Source: an uncultured Gemmatimonadales bacterium
GTDB lineage: Bacteria > Gemmatimonadota > Gemmatimonadetes > Gemmatimonadales > GWC2-71-9
Reading direction: 5' to 3'
Assembly: GCA_963730185.1 (NCBI GenBank)
Contig: CAVSQW010000015.1
Span: 128,001-192,000, forward strand
Length of the DNA stretch: 64,000 nucleotides
Within the stretch, counting starts at the first letter, position 1. Each line of letters begins with the position of its first letter. This document shows positions 7,638 to 17,526 of this stretch, in pieces. The translations under genes were made by a program, and so were the position numbers. Under the pieces are notes generated by a model. That model did no database searches. It saw only the letters and a list, made by a program, of their open reading frames with translations, and was not told the DNA's origin.

Positions 7638-9176
7638 TCAGCGGGCGTCCGCGCGAATCAGCTCGGCCGCCCGCTCCCCGATCATCACCGAAGGCGCGTG
7701 GGTGTGACCGGTCGGAATGGCCGGCATGACGGACGCGTCGGCGACCCACAGATTCTCGAGGCCCCGAACCTGGAGCCGCTCGGACACCACGGCCTCGGAC
7801 CCCTGGCCGATCCGGCAGGTGCCGACCGGGTGGTACAGCGTCTCCGCCCGATGGCGGATGAACGGCTCCAGCGGCTCCTTGCCCGGCAGAACCTCGTCGC
7901 TCCGGAACTCGGCCAGCTCCGGCGCTCGGCCGAGGTGTCGGGCCAGCTTGAGTCCCGCCAAGAGGCGGGGCAGATCGGCGGGGGCGGAGAGGTACCGAGG
8001 GCGGATGGCCGGCGGCGCCTCGGGGTCGGCCGAGGTGAGGCCGATCCGCCCGCGGCTCTCGGGGTGCTGGAGGATGGCGGCCACGGTAAACCCGGAGCCG
8101 GGGAGCTTCGTGAAACCGTGGTCCACGAAGAAGGTCGGAGCGACCAGGAGTTCCACGTCGGGCGCCCGGCCGCCCCGCTCGAGCCGCACGAAGGCGCCGG
8201 CCTCCGCCACATTGGAAGTGAGGGGACCGGTCCGCCGGACGAGATACCGGAGCACGCTGAACAGTCCTTCGGCCCGGTCGAGGGTGACCGGCTTCGGGCA
8301 CTCGAACAGGGCGCCGATGGCGAGGTGGTCCTGGAGGTTGCCGCCGACTCCCGGCAGCTCGTGGTGCACCGCGATTCCCAAGGGCTCGAGGTCTTCCGCG
8401 GGGCCGACCCCCGAACGGAGCAGCAGCAGCGGCGACCCAATCGCTCCAGTCGCGAGCACCACACGGCCCCGGACCTCGGTCACGCTGGTGGTGCCGGCCC
8501 GGCGAAAGGCGACCCCCACGGCCCGGCGGCCGTCGAACCGGATCCAGTGGGCGGTTGCGTCGGTGAGGACGGTGAGGTTCGGCCGGCCGGCAGCGGGGGT
8601 GAGGTAGCCGTCGGCCGCGCTGACCCGGGCCCCGCGACGCTGCGTGACCCGGAAGAGCCCCACCCCGTCGAGCGAACCGGAGGCGAAACCGTCGTTCGGC
8701 AGGAGGCCGTGGGCCAGCCCCGCCGCGACGAACGCCGCTGCGATCGGATTCACGGTGCGGAGCTCGGCGATCGGAATCCCCGACGCGTGATCGGATTCCG
8801 CTCGCTCCGCCCGCTCGAAGGCGGGCGCCACGTCGTCCCAGGCCCATCCCGCCGCGCCCAGCTCGACCCAGCGGTCGAAGTCCTCGCGGGCCGGACGGGT
8901 CCAGATCATGGCATTGATGGCACTCGACCCGCCGAGGAGCCGGCCGCGGGGCCAGTAGAGGCGCCGGGCGGCGAGCTCCGGCTCGGGCTCGGTCTCGAAG
9001 GCCCAGTCCCACCGAGTCTTGAAGAGGCGCGAGAACGCCGCCGGGATCCGGCTCTCGCGGGGGACGCGAGCGGGGCCGGCCTCGAGGAGCACGACTTGGA
9101 GCGATGGGTCCTCGGATAACCGGCTTGCCACCGCCGCGCCGGCGGAGCCGGCTCCGACCACGACGAAGTCGGCCAT
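7638..9176 (-). CDS. GMC oxidoreductase (choline dehydrogenase-like)
   Basis: VVGAGSAG, GRLLGGSSAIN, NLQDH, YHPVGTC. Confidence 0.92.
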   Translation of the reverse strand: MADFVVVGAGSAGAAVASRLSEDPSLQVVLLEAGPARVPRESRIPAAFSRLFKTRWDWAFETEPEPELAARRLYWPRGRLLGGSSAINAMIWTRPAREDFDRWVELGAAGWAWDDVAPAFERAERAESDHASGIPIAELRTVNPIAAAFVAAGLAHGLLPNDGFASGSLDGVGLFRVTQRRGARVSAADGYLTPAAGRPNLTVLTDATAHWIRFDGRRAVGVAFRRAGTTSVTEVRGRVVLATGAIGSPLLLLRSGVGPAEDLEPLGIAVHHELPGVGGNLQDHLAIGALFECPKPVTLDRAEGLFSVLRYLVRRTGPLTSNVAEAGAFVRLERGGRAPDVELLVAPTFFVDHGFTKLPGSGFTVAAILQHPESRGRIGLTSADPEAPPAIRPRYLSAPADLPRLLAGLKLARHLGRAPELAEFRSDEVLPGKEPLEPFIRHRAETLYHPVGTCRIGQGSEAVVSERLQVRGLENLWVADASVMPAIPTGHTHAPSVMIGERAAELIRADAR

Positions 9177-9180
9177 CGGG

Positions 9181-9381
9181 TCAGGCCGGGGGGTCGGACC
9201 GGTCGGGCTCGGGTGCCGGCCGGCCGTCCCGCCGGCCGGCGGGCTCGTCGTCGTGGAGCACTCGGAGCGCGGGGGTGTCGAGGTCGTCGAACTGGCCGCG
9301 CCGGGCCGCCCAGACGAAGGCGCCGATGGCGACGGCCACGATGGCCAGGGCCACGGGCAGGAGCAGGAGGAGGACGCTCAC
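9181..9381 (-). CDS. ccoS: cbb3 oxidase assembly protein CcoS/FixS
   Basis: VSVLLLLLPVAL...FVWAARRGQFDDLDTPALRVL. Confidence 0.9.
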   Translation of the reverse strand: MSVLLLLLPVALAIVAVAIGAFVWAARRGQFDDLDTPALRVLHDDEPAGRRDGRPAPEPDRSDPPA

Positions 9382-11807
9382 CGGGGAACCGTGAAGGTGC
9401 GGCTTCGCCAGGCGAGCAACACCACGGTGAGCGAGCTCACCGGCATCAGAATGGCCGCGATGAGCGGGTTGACCCGTCCGGTCATGGCCAGCCAGGCGCC
9501 GACCACGTTGTAGGCGAGCGACAGGCCGATCAGCCGGTGGATGACGCGCATGGTCCGCTCGGCGCCTTCGATCAGTCCGCCGAGCGGGGCCATGCCGGGC
9601 TGGGCGAGGTAGACGTCGGCCGCGGCGAGTGAGGCCTCGGCGCCGCCGTGGACGCCGATCCCGACCGTGGCCCGGGCGATGGCGGCCGCGTCGTTGACGC
9701 CGTCGCCGACCATCACGGTGGGTCCCCGGGTCAGGGCCCGCTCGACTGCGGCCAGCTTGCCTTCGGGGGTGACCCCGCCCCGAGCGGCCTCGGGGGCGAT
9801 CGCGAGGGAGCGAGCGACCTCGGCCACGACGGCGGGCGCGTCGCCGGAGAGGATGCCGACCTCCCATCCACGGCGTCGAAGCCGGTCTAGGGTCGGGCGG
9901 CTGTCCTCCCGGAGCGGATCGCCGAACGCCGCTGCGGCCACCACTCGGCCGGCGTCAGCGACGAGCACCGGCGTGAGATGGTCGGGCATTCGGTTGGCCA
10001 CCCCGTCGGGATCGGCGGCCCGGGCCAGGACGAATGCCGGAGCGCCGACCACGAGCTCCCGTCCCCGGACCGTGCCGACCAAGCCACCGCCCAGGGTATG
10101 AGTAACCCGGTCGGCCGGGGTCTCGTGGAGTCCGGGCCACGCCTCGACGAAGGCCCGGGCCAGCGGGTGGCTCGAGTGCCGCTCCAGGGCCAGCACGTCG
10201 GGGCGGATGTCGTCGTCGCCGACCCAGGCGACCAGCCGAAGTCGGCCCTCGGTCAGGGTCCCGGTCTTGTCGAGCAGCAGTCGGCCGGGGCGGGCAAGCG
10301 ACTGGAGCGCGTCGGCGCCGCGGATCAGGATCCCGGCCCGGGCGGCCCGACCCACCGCGACGGTGGTGGCCAGCGGCGTCGCCAGGGCCAGGGCGCAGGG
10401 GCAGGTCACGATCAGGAGCGCGATGGCCCGGTCGAGCGCGTCGGGTGCGCCCGCTCGGTAGGCGGCCATCCAGGTGACCGCCGCCAGCACCAGCACCGTC
10501 AGCACGAACCACCCGGCCAGGCGATCGGCCAGCTGCACCACCGGCGCCCGGCGGCGGGCTCCGGCTTCGACCTCCCGGAGAAGACGGCCGAGCCGGCTGG
10601 ACTCGCCCGCGCGGGTGACCCGGACCCGGAGCGCCGCGCTCCGGTTCAGGGTACCAGCGAAGACCTCGCTCCGGGGGCCGACCGCGACCGGGCGGGACTC
10701 GCCGGTGAGGAGCGAGAGGTCGATGGCGGACTCGCCGGCCGTGATCACGCCGTCGGCGGGCACGGTCTCCCCGGCGCGCACCTCGACGGTCATCTCGGGG
10801 ACCAGCGCTTCGGTCGGGATCTCCCGGATCGTCTCGCCGTCGACCAGCCGGGCCGACGAGGGCGTCATCCCATAGAGCAGCTCGGCCGAGTCGGTGGCGG
10901 CCCGCTGGGCCCGCTGCTGGAGGAAGCGACCGACCAGGAGCAGGAAGATCAGGCTGGCGACGCCGTCGAAGTAGATCGGCCCGGTGCCGGTGATGGTGTT
11001 GATGGCGCCCCGTCCGAACCCGGCCACGAGGGCCAGCGCGACGGGAACGTCCATGTGGAGCCGCCGGGTCCGGATCGCAGCCAGGGCACCGCGGAAGAAC
11101 AGCTGGCCCGGCCAGAGCAGGGCGGGGAGAGTGAGGAGGAGGCTCACCCAGCGGAAGTAGTCGATGTCCTCGGGCGCCATCGCGCCGAACCATCCGGCGT
11201 AGAGCGCGGCGGCCACCAGCATGATGTTGCCGGCCAGGGCGCCGGCCACCCCGATCCGGACCAGCATGGCCCGATCCTCGGCCCGACGGAGCTGGTCGGC
11301 CCGACCGCCCCGGTAGGGGTGCGGGCGGTAACCAATCGAGTCGAGGAACCGGGCAATGGCGGCGAGCGAGGTCCGAGCGGGGTCCCACCGGATCCGGGCC
11401 AGCGAACGTCCCACGTTGAGCTCGGCGGAGGCGGCGCCGGGCACCGCGAGGGGCACCCGCTCCACCAGCCACACGCAGGAGGCGCAGTGGACCCCCTCCA
11501 GGTAGAGCTCGGTCTCGGCCAGCCCATCGGGACGGAGGGCCACGTAGAGCGACTGGAAGGCGTCGTGATCGAACTCGTCGAAGCTCCGTCCGCTGGTCCG
11601 CACCGCCAGCTCGCGGCGCTCGCCGAAGCGGTAGTAGGCGTCGAGCCCGGTGTCGTGGAGGATGGCCCAGGCCGTCCGGCACCCGGCGCAGCAGAACTGG
11701 TAGTCCTCGTCGGGAACGATGAGACCGGCGGGCACCGGCAGGGTGCAGTGCGCGCAGGTCGCCTCAGCCCGGGGTGGAGCGCCTGGGTCAGCGAGGCGCG
11801 GCGTCAT
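9378..11807 (-). CDS. ccoI: Copper P1B-type ATPase CcoI/FixI
   Basis: N-terminal CAHC/CCAGC, CASC, TGES, CPC, DKTGT, GDGVND. Confidence 0.93.
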   Translation of the reverse strand: MTPRLADPGAPPRAEATCAHCTLPVPAGLIVPDEDYQFCCAGCRTAWAILHDTGLDAYYRFGERRELAVRTSGRSFDEFDHDAFQSLYVALRPDGLAETELYLEGVHCASCVWLVERVPLAVPGAASAELNVGRSLARIRWDPARTSLAAIARFLDSIGYRPHPYRGGRADQLRRAEDRAMLVRIGVAGALAGNIMLVAAALYAGWFGAMAPEDIDYFRWVSLLLTLPALLWPGQLFFRGALAAIRTRRLHMDVPVALALVAGFGRGAINTITGTGPIYFDGVASLIFLLLVGRFLQQRAQRAATDSAELLYGMTPSSARLVDGETIREIPTEALVPEMTVEVRAGETVPADGVITAGESAIDLSLLTGESRPVAVGPRSEVFAGTLNRSAALRVRVTRAGESSRLGRLLREVEAGARRRAPVVQLADRLAGWFVLTVLVLAAVTWMAAYRAGAPDALDRAIALLIVTCPCALALATPLATTVAVGRAARAGILIRGADALQSLARPGRLLLDKTGTLTEGRLRLVAWVGDDDIRPDVLALERHSSHPLARAFVEAWPGLHETPADRVTHTLGGGLVGTVRGRELVVGAPAFVLARAADPDGVANRMPDHLTPVLVADAGRVVAAAAFGDPLREDSRPTLDRLRRRGWEVGILSGDAPAVVAEVARSLAIAPEAARGGVTPEGKLAAVERALTRGPTVMVGDGVNDAAAIARATVGIGVHGGAEASLAAADVYLAQPGMAPLGGLIEGAERTMRVIHRLIGLSLAYNVVGAWLAMTGRVNPLIAAILMPVSSLTVVLLAWRSRTFTVPR

Positions 11808-12480
11808 GGGCCCCGGCGGGGAGGGTGGCGGTGATGGTGGCGTGGTGGCCCGGGGCTCGGCCGAGGGCGGCCAGCAGGCCGATCGCGATCAGGGCGAACG
11901 CGGTGACGGCCGGGAGCCGCCTCCGGAGTGACCCCGTGACCCGCTGAAGCAGGAGGCCGGCCGTGGCGACCGCCGGCACGGTGCCGGTCCAGAACACCGC
12001 CATCGCCAGGGAGCCCTGGACCGGCGACCCGGTGCCGCCGGCCGCCGCCACGAAGGCGTAGAGCCACCCGCAGGGGAGGAGGGCGGAGGCGGCGCCGAGG
12101 GTGACACCGCGGGCCGCGGGCGGCACCTGGCTCAGCCGTCGATAGAGCCCGGCGGTGAACCTGGCGAGCGGATCGCGCCGCCCGAGCCGGAGGCCGAGGC
12201 TCCGAAGGAGGGTGACGAGACCGAAGGCAATCAGCACGACCCCGGCGATCCGGGCCGCCGACGCCGACCAGCCAAGCCGGAGGCCGAACCGGTCGAGCAG
12301 GCCGCCCGCGGCGCCGGCCAGCGCACCGAGGGCCAGGTAGACGACGAGCCGGCCGCCGTGATAGGCGAGCCGGCTCCAGGCCCGGCCCCGACCGGCCTCC
12401 GCGGCGGCCGCAAGCGGGCCGCACATGGCGGCGCAGTGGACGCTGCCCAGCAGACTGGCGACGAAGACGGCCCAGAGCAT
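11788..12480 (-). CDS. Sulfite exporter TauE/DsbD_2-type membrane protein of cco clusters
   Basis: SVHCAAMCGP, YHGGR, LLPCGWLY. Confidence 0.85.
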   Translation of the reverse strand: MLWAVFVASLLGSVHCAAMCGPLAAAAEAGRGRAWSRLAYHGGRLVVYLALGALAGAAGGLLDRFGLRLGWSASAARIAGVVLIAFGLVTLLRSLGLRLGRRDPLARFTAGLYRRLSQVPPAARGVTLGAASALLPCGWLYAFVAAAGGTGSPVQGSLAMAVFWTGTVPAVATAGLLLQRVTGSLRRRLPAVTAFALIAIGLLAALGRAPGHHATITATLPAGAHDAAPR

Positions 12481-12959
12481 CAGGCCCGCGGGACCAACCG
12501 ATCTCCCGGCGTGCCGCGCAGCACGGCCGTGAACCGGTCGGAGCCACGGATGACGGTCACCCGGACTTCGTGCAGTCCACCATGTGGTCGGGGGATGGTG
12601 CCTTCGTAGGTTCCGGCCGACTCCAGCGCCAGGGTGGCGTGGTAGAACTCGGCGGCCTGGGCCAGGGCGAAGCCTTCGACCGCCACCCGCGCGCCGTCCA
12701 GCGGGGTGCCGGTGGAATCGGTCAGGCGGAGCGTCAGCTCGCCGCCGGGATCGAGCCGGCCCCGCACCTGCCAGGCCAGGACCACGTTCTCCCGGGCCTG
12801 AGCCATGGCCGAATCCCAATTCACGGCTTTCCGGTAGTAGTCGGGCTCGACCGCTTCGGTATCGGTCTTGGTGGCTTCATAGAGCAGGAAGCCGTTGGCG
12901 ACGACCGTCAGGCCCAGGACCCCGGCGATCGAGAGGGGCCACCATCGACCGGCTTGCAT
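12480..12959 (-). CDS. ccoH: FixH/CcoH family protein
   Basis: WWPLSIAGVLG TM, VEPDYYRKAVNWD; position in the cco cluster. Confidence 0.8.
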   Translation of the reverse strand: MQAGRWWPLSIAGVLGLTVVANGFLLYEATKTDTEAVEPDYYRKAVNWDSAMAQARENVVLAWQVRGRLDPGGELTLRLTDSTGTPLDGARVAVEGFALAQAAEFYHATLALESAGTYEGTIPRPHGGLHEVRVTVIRGSDRFTAVLRGTPGDRLVPRA

Positions 12960-14367
12960 CAGTGCGCCTCCGGGTGGGCGTTGTCGTCGGCGCCTTCGTC
13001 TTCCGGGCCCACGAGGTTGTAGGGGTAGGTCCCGGTGAAGGATGCCCCGTCCGACACCTTGATCGCAACCGACCGGGCGCCGTCGTGGAAGACGGCGGGC
13101 GCCACTTCGACGAACAGGCTGGTGGTGGCGATCTCCCCGGGCCCGACCGGGACCGGGTTCTCGGCCATGACGACTTGAGCGTCCACGCCTTCGAGGCTGA
13201 TCCGATACTGGCGAGCCGTCTTGGTCCGGTTGGTAATCCGGACCCGGATCTGGTTCAGGATCCGGCCGTCGGTCTCGACCGTGAAGGGCGCGCCGATGCC
13301 CCGGAGGACGGTCACGTCGGTGTCCTGCTTCGTGCCCAGGAAGAAGAGGAAGGCGCCGAAGGAGAGGGCCAGCGCGGCCGGATAGAGGACCACGCGGGGC
13401 CGGAGCAGGCGGCTCCCCTTGCCCTCGAGCCGGTCGCGCGACGTGTAGCGGATCAGGCCGCGCGGTTTCCCGACCCGATCCATGATGTCGTCGCAGGCGT
13501 CGGCGCACTGGGTGCAGTGGATGCACTCCATCTGGAGCCCGTCGCGGATGTCGATGCCGGTGGGGCAGGTCAGCACGCAGGCACCGCAGTCGATGCAGTC
13601 GCCGGCGTCGCTGGGACGGTCCTTGCCCCGGGCCCGAGGCTCACCGCGGCCGGGGTCGTAGCCGACGATCAGCGATTGCCGGTCGAGCAGCACCGACTGG
13701 AGCCGACCGTAGGGGCAGGCGACCAGGCAGGTCTGCTCGCGGAAGTAGGTGAAGTCGAAGAAGATCGCGCCCGTCGTCGCGGCCATCACGAAGAACGCGG
13801 TCGGGTGCTGGACCGGCGAGAGCTGGACCCAGCGGACCAGGGTGTCGATCCCGACGAAATAGGCCAGGAAGGTGTGGGCGAGGAAGAGCGAGAGCAGGAG
13901 GTAGACGCCGTACTTGGCGAGTCGCCTCGGGTAGAGCTTCCGCCGCCTGTCCATCGCGAGGCTCCCGCTCCGGCCGCCCTCGAAGAACCGCTCGATCGGC
14001 CGGAAGAGGAACTCCATGTATACCGTCTGGGGGCAGGTCCAGCCGCACCAGACCCGCCCGAAGAGCGCGGTGAGCAGGAAGATCCCGATCAGGATGCTCA
14101 GGAAGAGCAACATGAACAGCAGGGTGTCGGTCGGCAGGAAGGTGGTCCCGAAGATCGTGAACTCGCGCCGCGGGATGTCGAGCAGGATCAGCGGCTTGCC
14201 CGGAACGGGATGTAGGGGATGGCGAAGAACACGAACATCAGGAGGTAGGCCACCACCCGCCGCCGATGCCAGAAGTGTCCGGTGGCGAGCTTCGGGCGGA
14301 GCCAACGGCGCGACCCATCGACGTTGAGTGTCGAGAGGACTCGTTCCGGGGCGTTGGCGTGCGACAT
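12959..14367 (-). CDS. ccoG: CcoG/FixG 4Fe-4S membrane protein (apparent 1-nt frameshift near 14200)
   Basis: GRVWCGWTCPQT, CIDCGACVLTCP, CIHCTQCADAC. The N-terminus MSHANAPERVLSTL... is in another frame and joins if one base is added to the C-run at 14199-14201. Confidence 0.9.
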
Positions 14368-14404
14368 CGTTCCTACCCGTCTTTCCGTTCCGGCCCGGCC
14401 GGCC

Positions 14405-15007
14405 TTACCTGGCCGCCCCGGTGTCAGCCTGGACCGCGGTCGTGTCGAGGGGCGTCCCCTCGGGGGCTTTGGGCTTGGCCGGAGTGGTGCCGCGGAGCGA
14501 CACGACGTATCCGGCCACGGCCAGCAGCTGATCCGGCTTGAGGATCTTGCCCCAAGCCGGCATGCCCTTGGCCGCCACCCCCTCCACGATGGTCCGCATC
14601 AGGTCGATCGGCCGGCCCCCGTGGATGTAGTAGTTGTCGGTCAGGTTGGGACCGATCACGCCGCCGCCGTCCGGGCCGTGACACGGCGTGCACATCTGGG
14701 TGAAGGTCGCCTTGCCCAGCGCGTGGGTCGTGGCGTCGGTCGACGCGGCCAGCACCTTGGCCGAGGTCATCCCGGCCAGCGGGTCGTTGGCGGCGGCGAG
14801 CTTGGCCGCTTCGGCCATGTCGGCCTCGTAGTCGGCGATCCGACCCTTGCCGTTCCCGATGTACGGCACGTTCAGCGCGTACAGGATCGAGAAGAGAATC
14901 GTCACCCAGAACGTCGCGAGCCACCACCGGGGCATCGGATTGTCGTACTCCTGGATGCCATCGTACTCGTGGTCCAGCAGCCGATCCTGCTCGGACTCCC
15001 GGCTCAT
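14405..15007 (-). CDS. ccoP: cbb3 oxidase subunit III (single heme c)
   Basis: DHEYDGIQEYDNPMPRWW; one CTPCH; KGMPAW. Confidence 0.92.
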   Translation of the reverse strand: MSRESEQDRLLDHEYDGIQEYDNPMPRWWLATFWVTILFSILYALNVPYIGNGKGRIADYEADMAEAAKLAAANDPLAGMTSAKVLAASTDATTHALGKATFTQMCTPCHGPDGGGVIGPNLTDNYYIHGGRPIDLMRTIVEGVAAKGMPAWGKILKPDQLLAVAGYVVSLRGTTPAKPKAPEGTPLDTTAVQADTGAAR

Positions 15008-15228
15008 CGCCGTCCTCCTGGCGTGGGGTTGTCGGGCGCGGAATCCCCTTGCCTGAAGCTGGACTCCCCGTCCTTGAACGGAATTTCCCCGTCGGCTTCC
15101 AGCTCCCGCCGGCGCGACGGCCGGAAGATCCAGATGATGAGCGCGACGAAGGCGACGATGAAGATCACCATGGCGACGACCGCGTAGCCGGCCAGGCCGG
15201 CCCCGCTCATGATGTCGGTCAGTCGCAT
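15004..15228 (-). CDS. ccoQ: cbb3 oxidase subunit IV
   Basis: Single TM followed by RPSRRRELEADGEIPF; lies between ccoNO and ccoP. Confidence 0.8.
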   Translation of the reverse strand: MRLTDIMSGAGLAGYAVVAMVIFIVAFVALIIWIFRPSRRRELEADGEIPFKDGESSFRQGDSAPDNPTPGGRR

Positions 15229-15229
15229 C

Positions 15230-17428
15230 TCACTGCCCTCCGGCCGGCTGGGCGCCGGCTGGCGCGGTCCCGGCATGCGCCAGCTTGATGTCCTTGCCAA
15301 GGCGCTGGAGGTACGCGACCAGCGCGATGATCTCCTTGTTCTGGAGGTCGGCCGGGCCGCCCTGGGCCGCGATACTCTGGGCCAGGGTGGTGGCCTGGGT
15401 CCGCGCCATCTCGGGCGCCCGGTTCACGGCGTCGCCGTAGGGCACTCCCAGCATGGCCATCGCGTCGACCCGGGACTGGATCGAGGCGAAGTCGAGCTGG
15501 TTCCGGAGCAGCCAGGGATAGGCCGGCATGATCGACTGGGCCGTGATCGACCGGGGATCCTCCATGTGCCGAACGTGCCAGAGATCGGGATACTTGCCAC
15601 CCTCGCGCGCCAGGTCCGGCCCGATCCGCCGGGAGCCCCAGAGGAACGGGTGGTCGTAGACGAACTCGCCCGGCTTCGAGTATTCGCCGTACCGCTCGGT
15701 CTCCCAGCGGAAGGGCCGGATCATCTGCGAGTGGCAGTTGAAGCACCCTTCCCGGATGTAGATGTCGCGTCCGGCCAGCTCCAGAGGCGTATAGGGCTTG
15801 ACCGACGCGATGGTCGGGACGTTGGAGCGAATCAGGAAGGTGGGGACGATCTCGAACAGCGAGGCCACCACCACGGCGACCGTGACCAGCACGGTGAAGG
15901 TGAGCGGCAGCGCCTCCCACTTCCGGTGCCAGCCGGCCCGGGCGAAGCGGGCCCAGAGGCCGCCGGTCGCGGGCGTCGGCGTCCCGGTCAGCGCGGTGAG
16001 CGGCGCGGCCTGGATCACCGGCTCCTCGTAGGTGGCCGGTCGGGCCAGCCAGGTCTTGAGAATGTTGTAGCCGAAGAGGACCATCCCGAGGATGTAGAGC
16101 GTGCCGCCCGCGGCCCGGACCAGGTACATCGGCATCAGCTTGACGGTGGTCTCGACGAAGTCGGGGAAGACCAGCCTCCCGGTCTGGTCGAACGCCCGCC
16201 ACATGAGGCCCTGCGTCAGGCCGGCGCTGTAGATCGCGGCGGCGTAGAGGATCATGCCGAAGGTCGCCAGCCAGAAGTGGACCTCGGCCAGCTTCTGGCT
16301 GTGCAGCTTGGTCTGGAAGAGCCGCGGCAGGAGCCAGTAGATCATGCCGAAAGTCAGGAGGCCGTTCCACCCCAGGGCGCCGGTGTGGACGTGGGCGATG
16401 ATCCAGTCGGTGTAGTGGGCCAGGCCGTTCACGCTCTTGATGGAGAGCATCGGTCCTTCGAACGTCGCCATGCCGTAGGCGGTGACCGCCACCACGAAGA
16501 ACTTGAGGACCGGATCCTCGACCACCTTCCGCCAGGCCCCCCGAAGGGTCAGCAGGCCGTTGACCATGCCACCCCACGACGGGGCCCAGAGCATCACCGA
16601 GAAGAGCATGCCCACCGTGGAGGCCCACTCGGGGAGCGCGGTGTAGTGGAGATGGTGCGGGCCGGCCCAGATGTAGAGGAAGACCAAGGTCCAGAAGTGG
16701 AGGATCGAGAGCCGGTAGCTGAACACCGGCCGGTCGGCCGCCTTCGGCATGAAGTAGTACATCAGGCCGAGGAACGGCGTGGTCAGGAAGAAGGCTACGG
16801 CGTTGTGTCCATACCACCACTGCATGAAGGCGTCCTGGACGCCCGCGTAGATCGAGTAGCTCTTGAAGGGCCCGGCCGGGATCGAGAGGTTGTTGAAGAT
16901 GTGCAGGATCGCGACGGTGATGATGCTGGCGATGTAGAACCAGATCGCGACGTACAGATGCCGTTCCCGGCGCTTGGCGATGGTGCCGAAGAAGTTGACC
17001 GCGAAAATCACCCAGACGATCGCGATCAGGATGTCGATCGGCCACTCCAGCTCGGCGTATTCCTTGGCCTGGGTGAAGCCAAGGGGCAGGGTGATCGCCG
17101 CCAACACGATGATCAGCTGCCAGCCCCAGAAGTGGAGCTTGCTCAGCAGGTCGCTGAACATCCGCGCCTTGAGGAGCCGTTGGGTGGAGTAGTACGCGCC
17201 GCAGAAAAAGGCGTTCCCCGCGAACGCGAAGATCACCGCGTTCGTGTGGAGCGGCCGGAGCCGGCCGAAACTGATCCAGGGCAGCCCGCCGTTGATGGCG
17301 GGATAGGTCAGCTCGAGGGCGATCAGCAGCCCCACCAGCATCCCGACCAGGCCCCAGATGAACGTGGCGAAGAGGAACTTCCGGACGATTGCGTCGTCGT
17401 ACGTGAAGTTATCGAGTCGGGCGTTCAT
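15230..17428 (-). CDS. ccoNO: Fused cbb3 oxidase subunit I/II
   Basis: RLRPLHTN, WWYGHNAV, AGPHHLHY, then EGCFNCHSQMIRP and WGSRRIGPDL. Confidence 0.96.
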   Translation of the reverse strand: MNARLDNFTYDDAIVRKFLFATFIWGLVGMLVGLLIALELTYPAINGGLPWISFGRLRPLHTNAVIFAFAGNAFFCGAYYSTQRLLKARMFSDLLSKLHFWGWQLIIVLAAITLPLGFTQAKEYAELEWPIDILIAIVWVIFAVNFFGTIAKRRERHLYVAIWFYIASIITVAILHIFNNLSIPAGPFKSYSIYAGVQDAFMQWWYGHNAVAFFLTTPFLGLMYYFMPKAADRPVFSYRLSILHFWTLVFLYIWAGPHHLHYTALPEWASTVGMLFSVMLWAPSWGGMVNGLLTLRGAWRKVVEDPVLKFFVVAVTAYGMATFEGPMLSIKSVNGLAHYTDWIIAHVHTGALGWNGLLTFGMIYWLLPRLFQTKLHSQKLAEVHFWLATFGMILYAAAIYSAGLTQGLMWRAFDQTGRLVFPDFVETTVKLMPMYLVRAAGGTLYILGMVLFGYNILKTWLARPATYEEPVIQAAPLTALTGTPTPATGGLWARFARAGWHRKWEALPLTFTVLVTVAVVVASLFEIVPTFLIRSNVPTIASVKPYTPLELAGRDIYIREGCFNCHSQMIRPFRWETERYGEYSKPGEFVYDHPFLWGSRRIGPDLAREGGKYPDLWHVRHMEDPRSITAQSIMPAYPWLLRNQLDFASIQSRVDAMAMLGVPYGDAVNRAPEMARTQATTLAQSIAAQGGPADLQNKEIIALVAYLQRLGKDIKLAHAGTAPAGAQPAGGQ

Positions 17429-17481
17429 CGCCGCTCCCGAGAAGGTGAAGGAGACATCTTCTGGCGGTCACGAAACCTTGC

Positions 17482-17526
17482 AAGATGGCCATCGGTCGAT
17501 AAAGCGATCATAAGGCCGGCGTGAAC
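17482..17526 (-). promoter_or_regulatory. Regulon promoter (three 11-bp-spaced repeats + -10) for ccoNO
   Basis: Minus strand GTTCA, CCTTA, CTTTA at 11-nt period; CATCTT starts 17 nt after the start of the last repeat. Confidence 0.6.

Noticed and set aside
17461..17512. FNR box or sigma54 promoter upstream of ccoNO
   Set aside because: No TTGAT-N4-ATCAA match, and TGGCCATCTTGC has the wrong GG-GC spacing.
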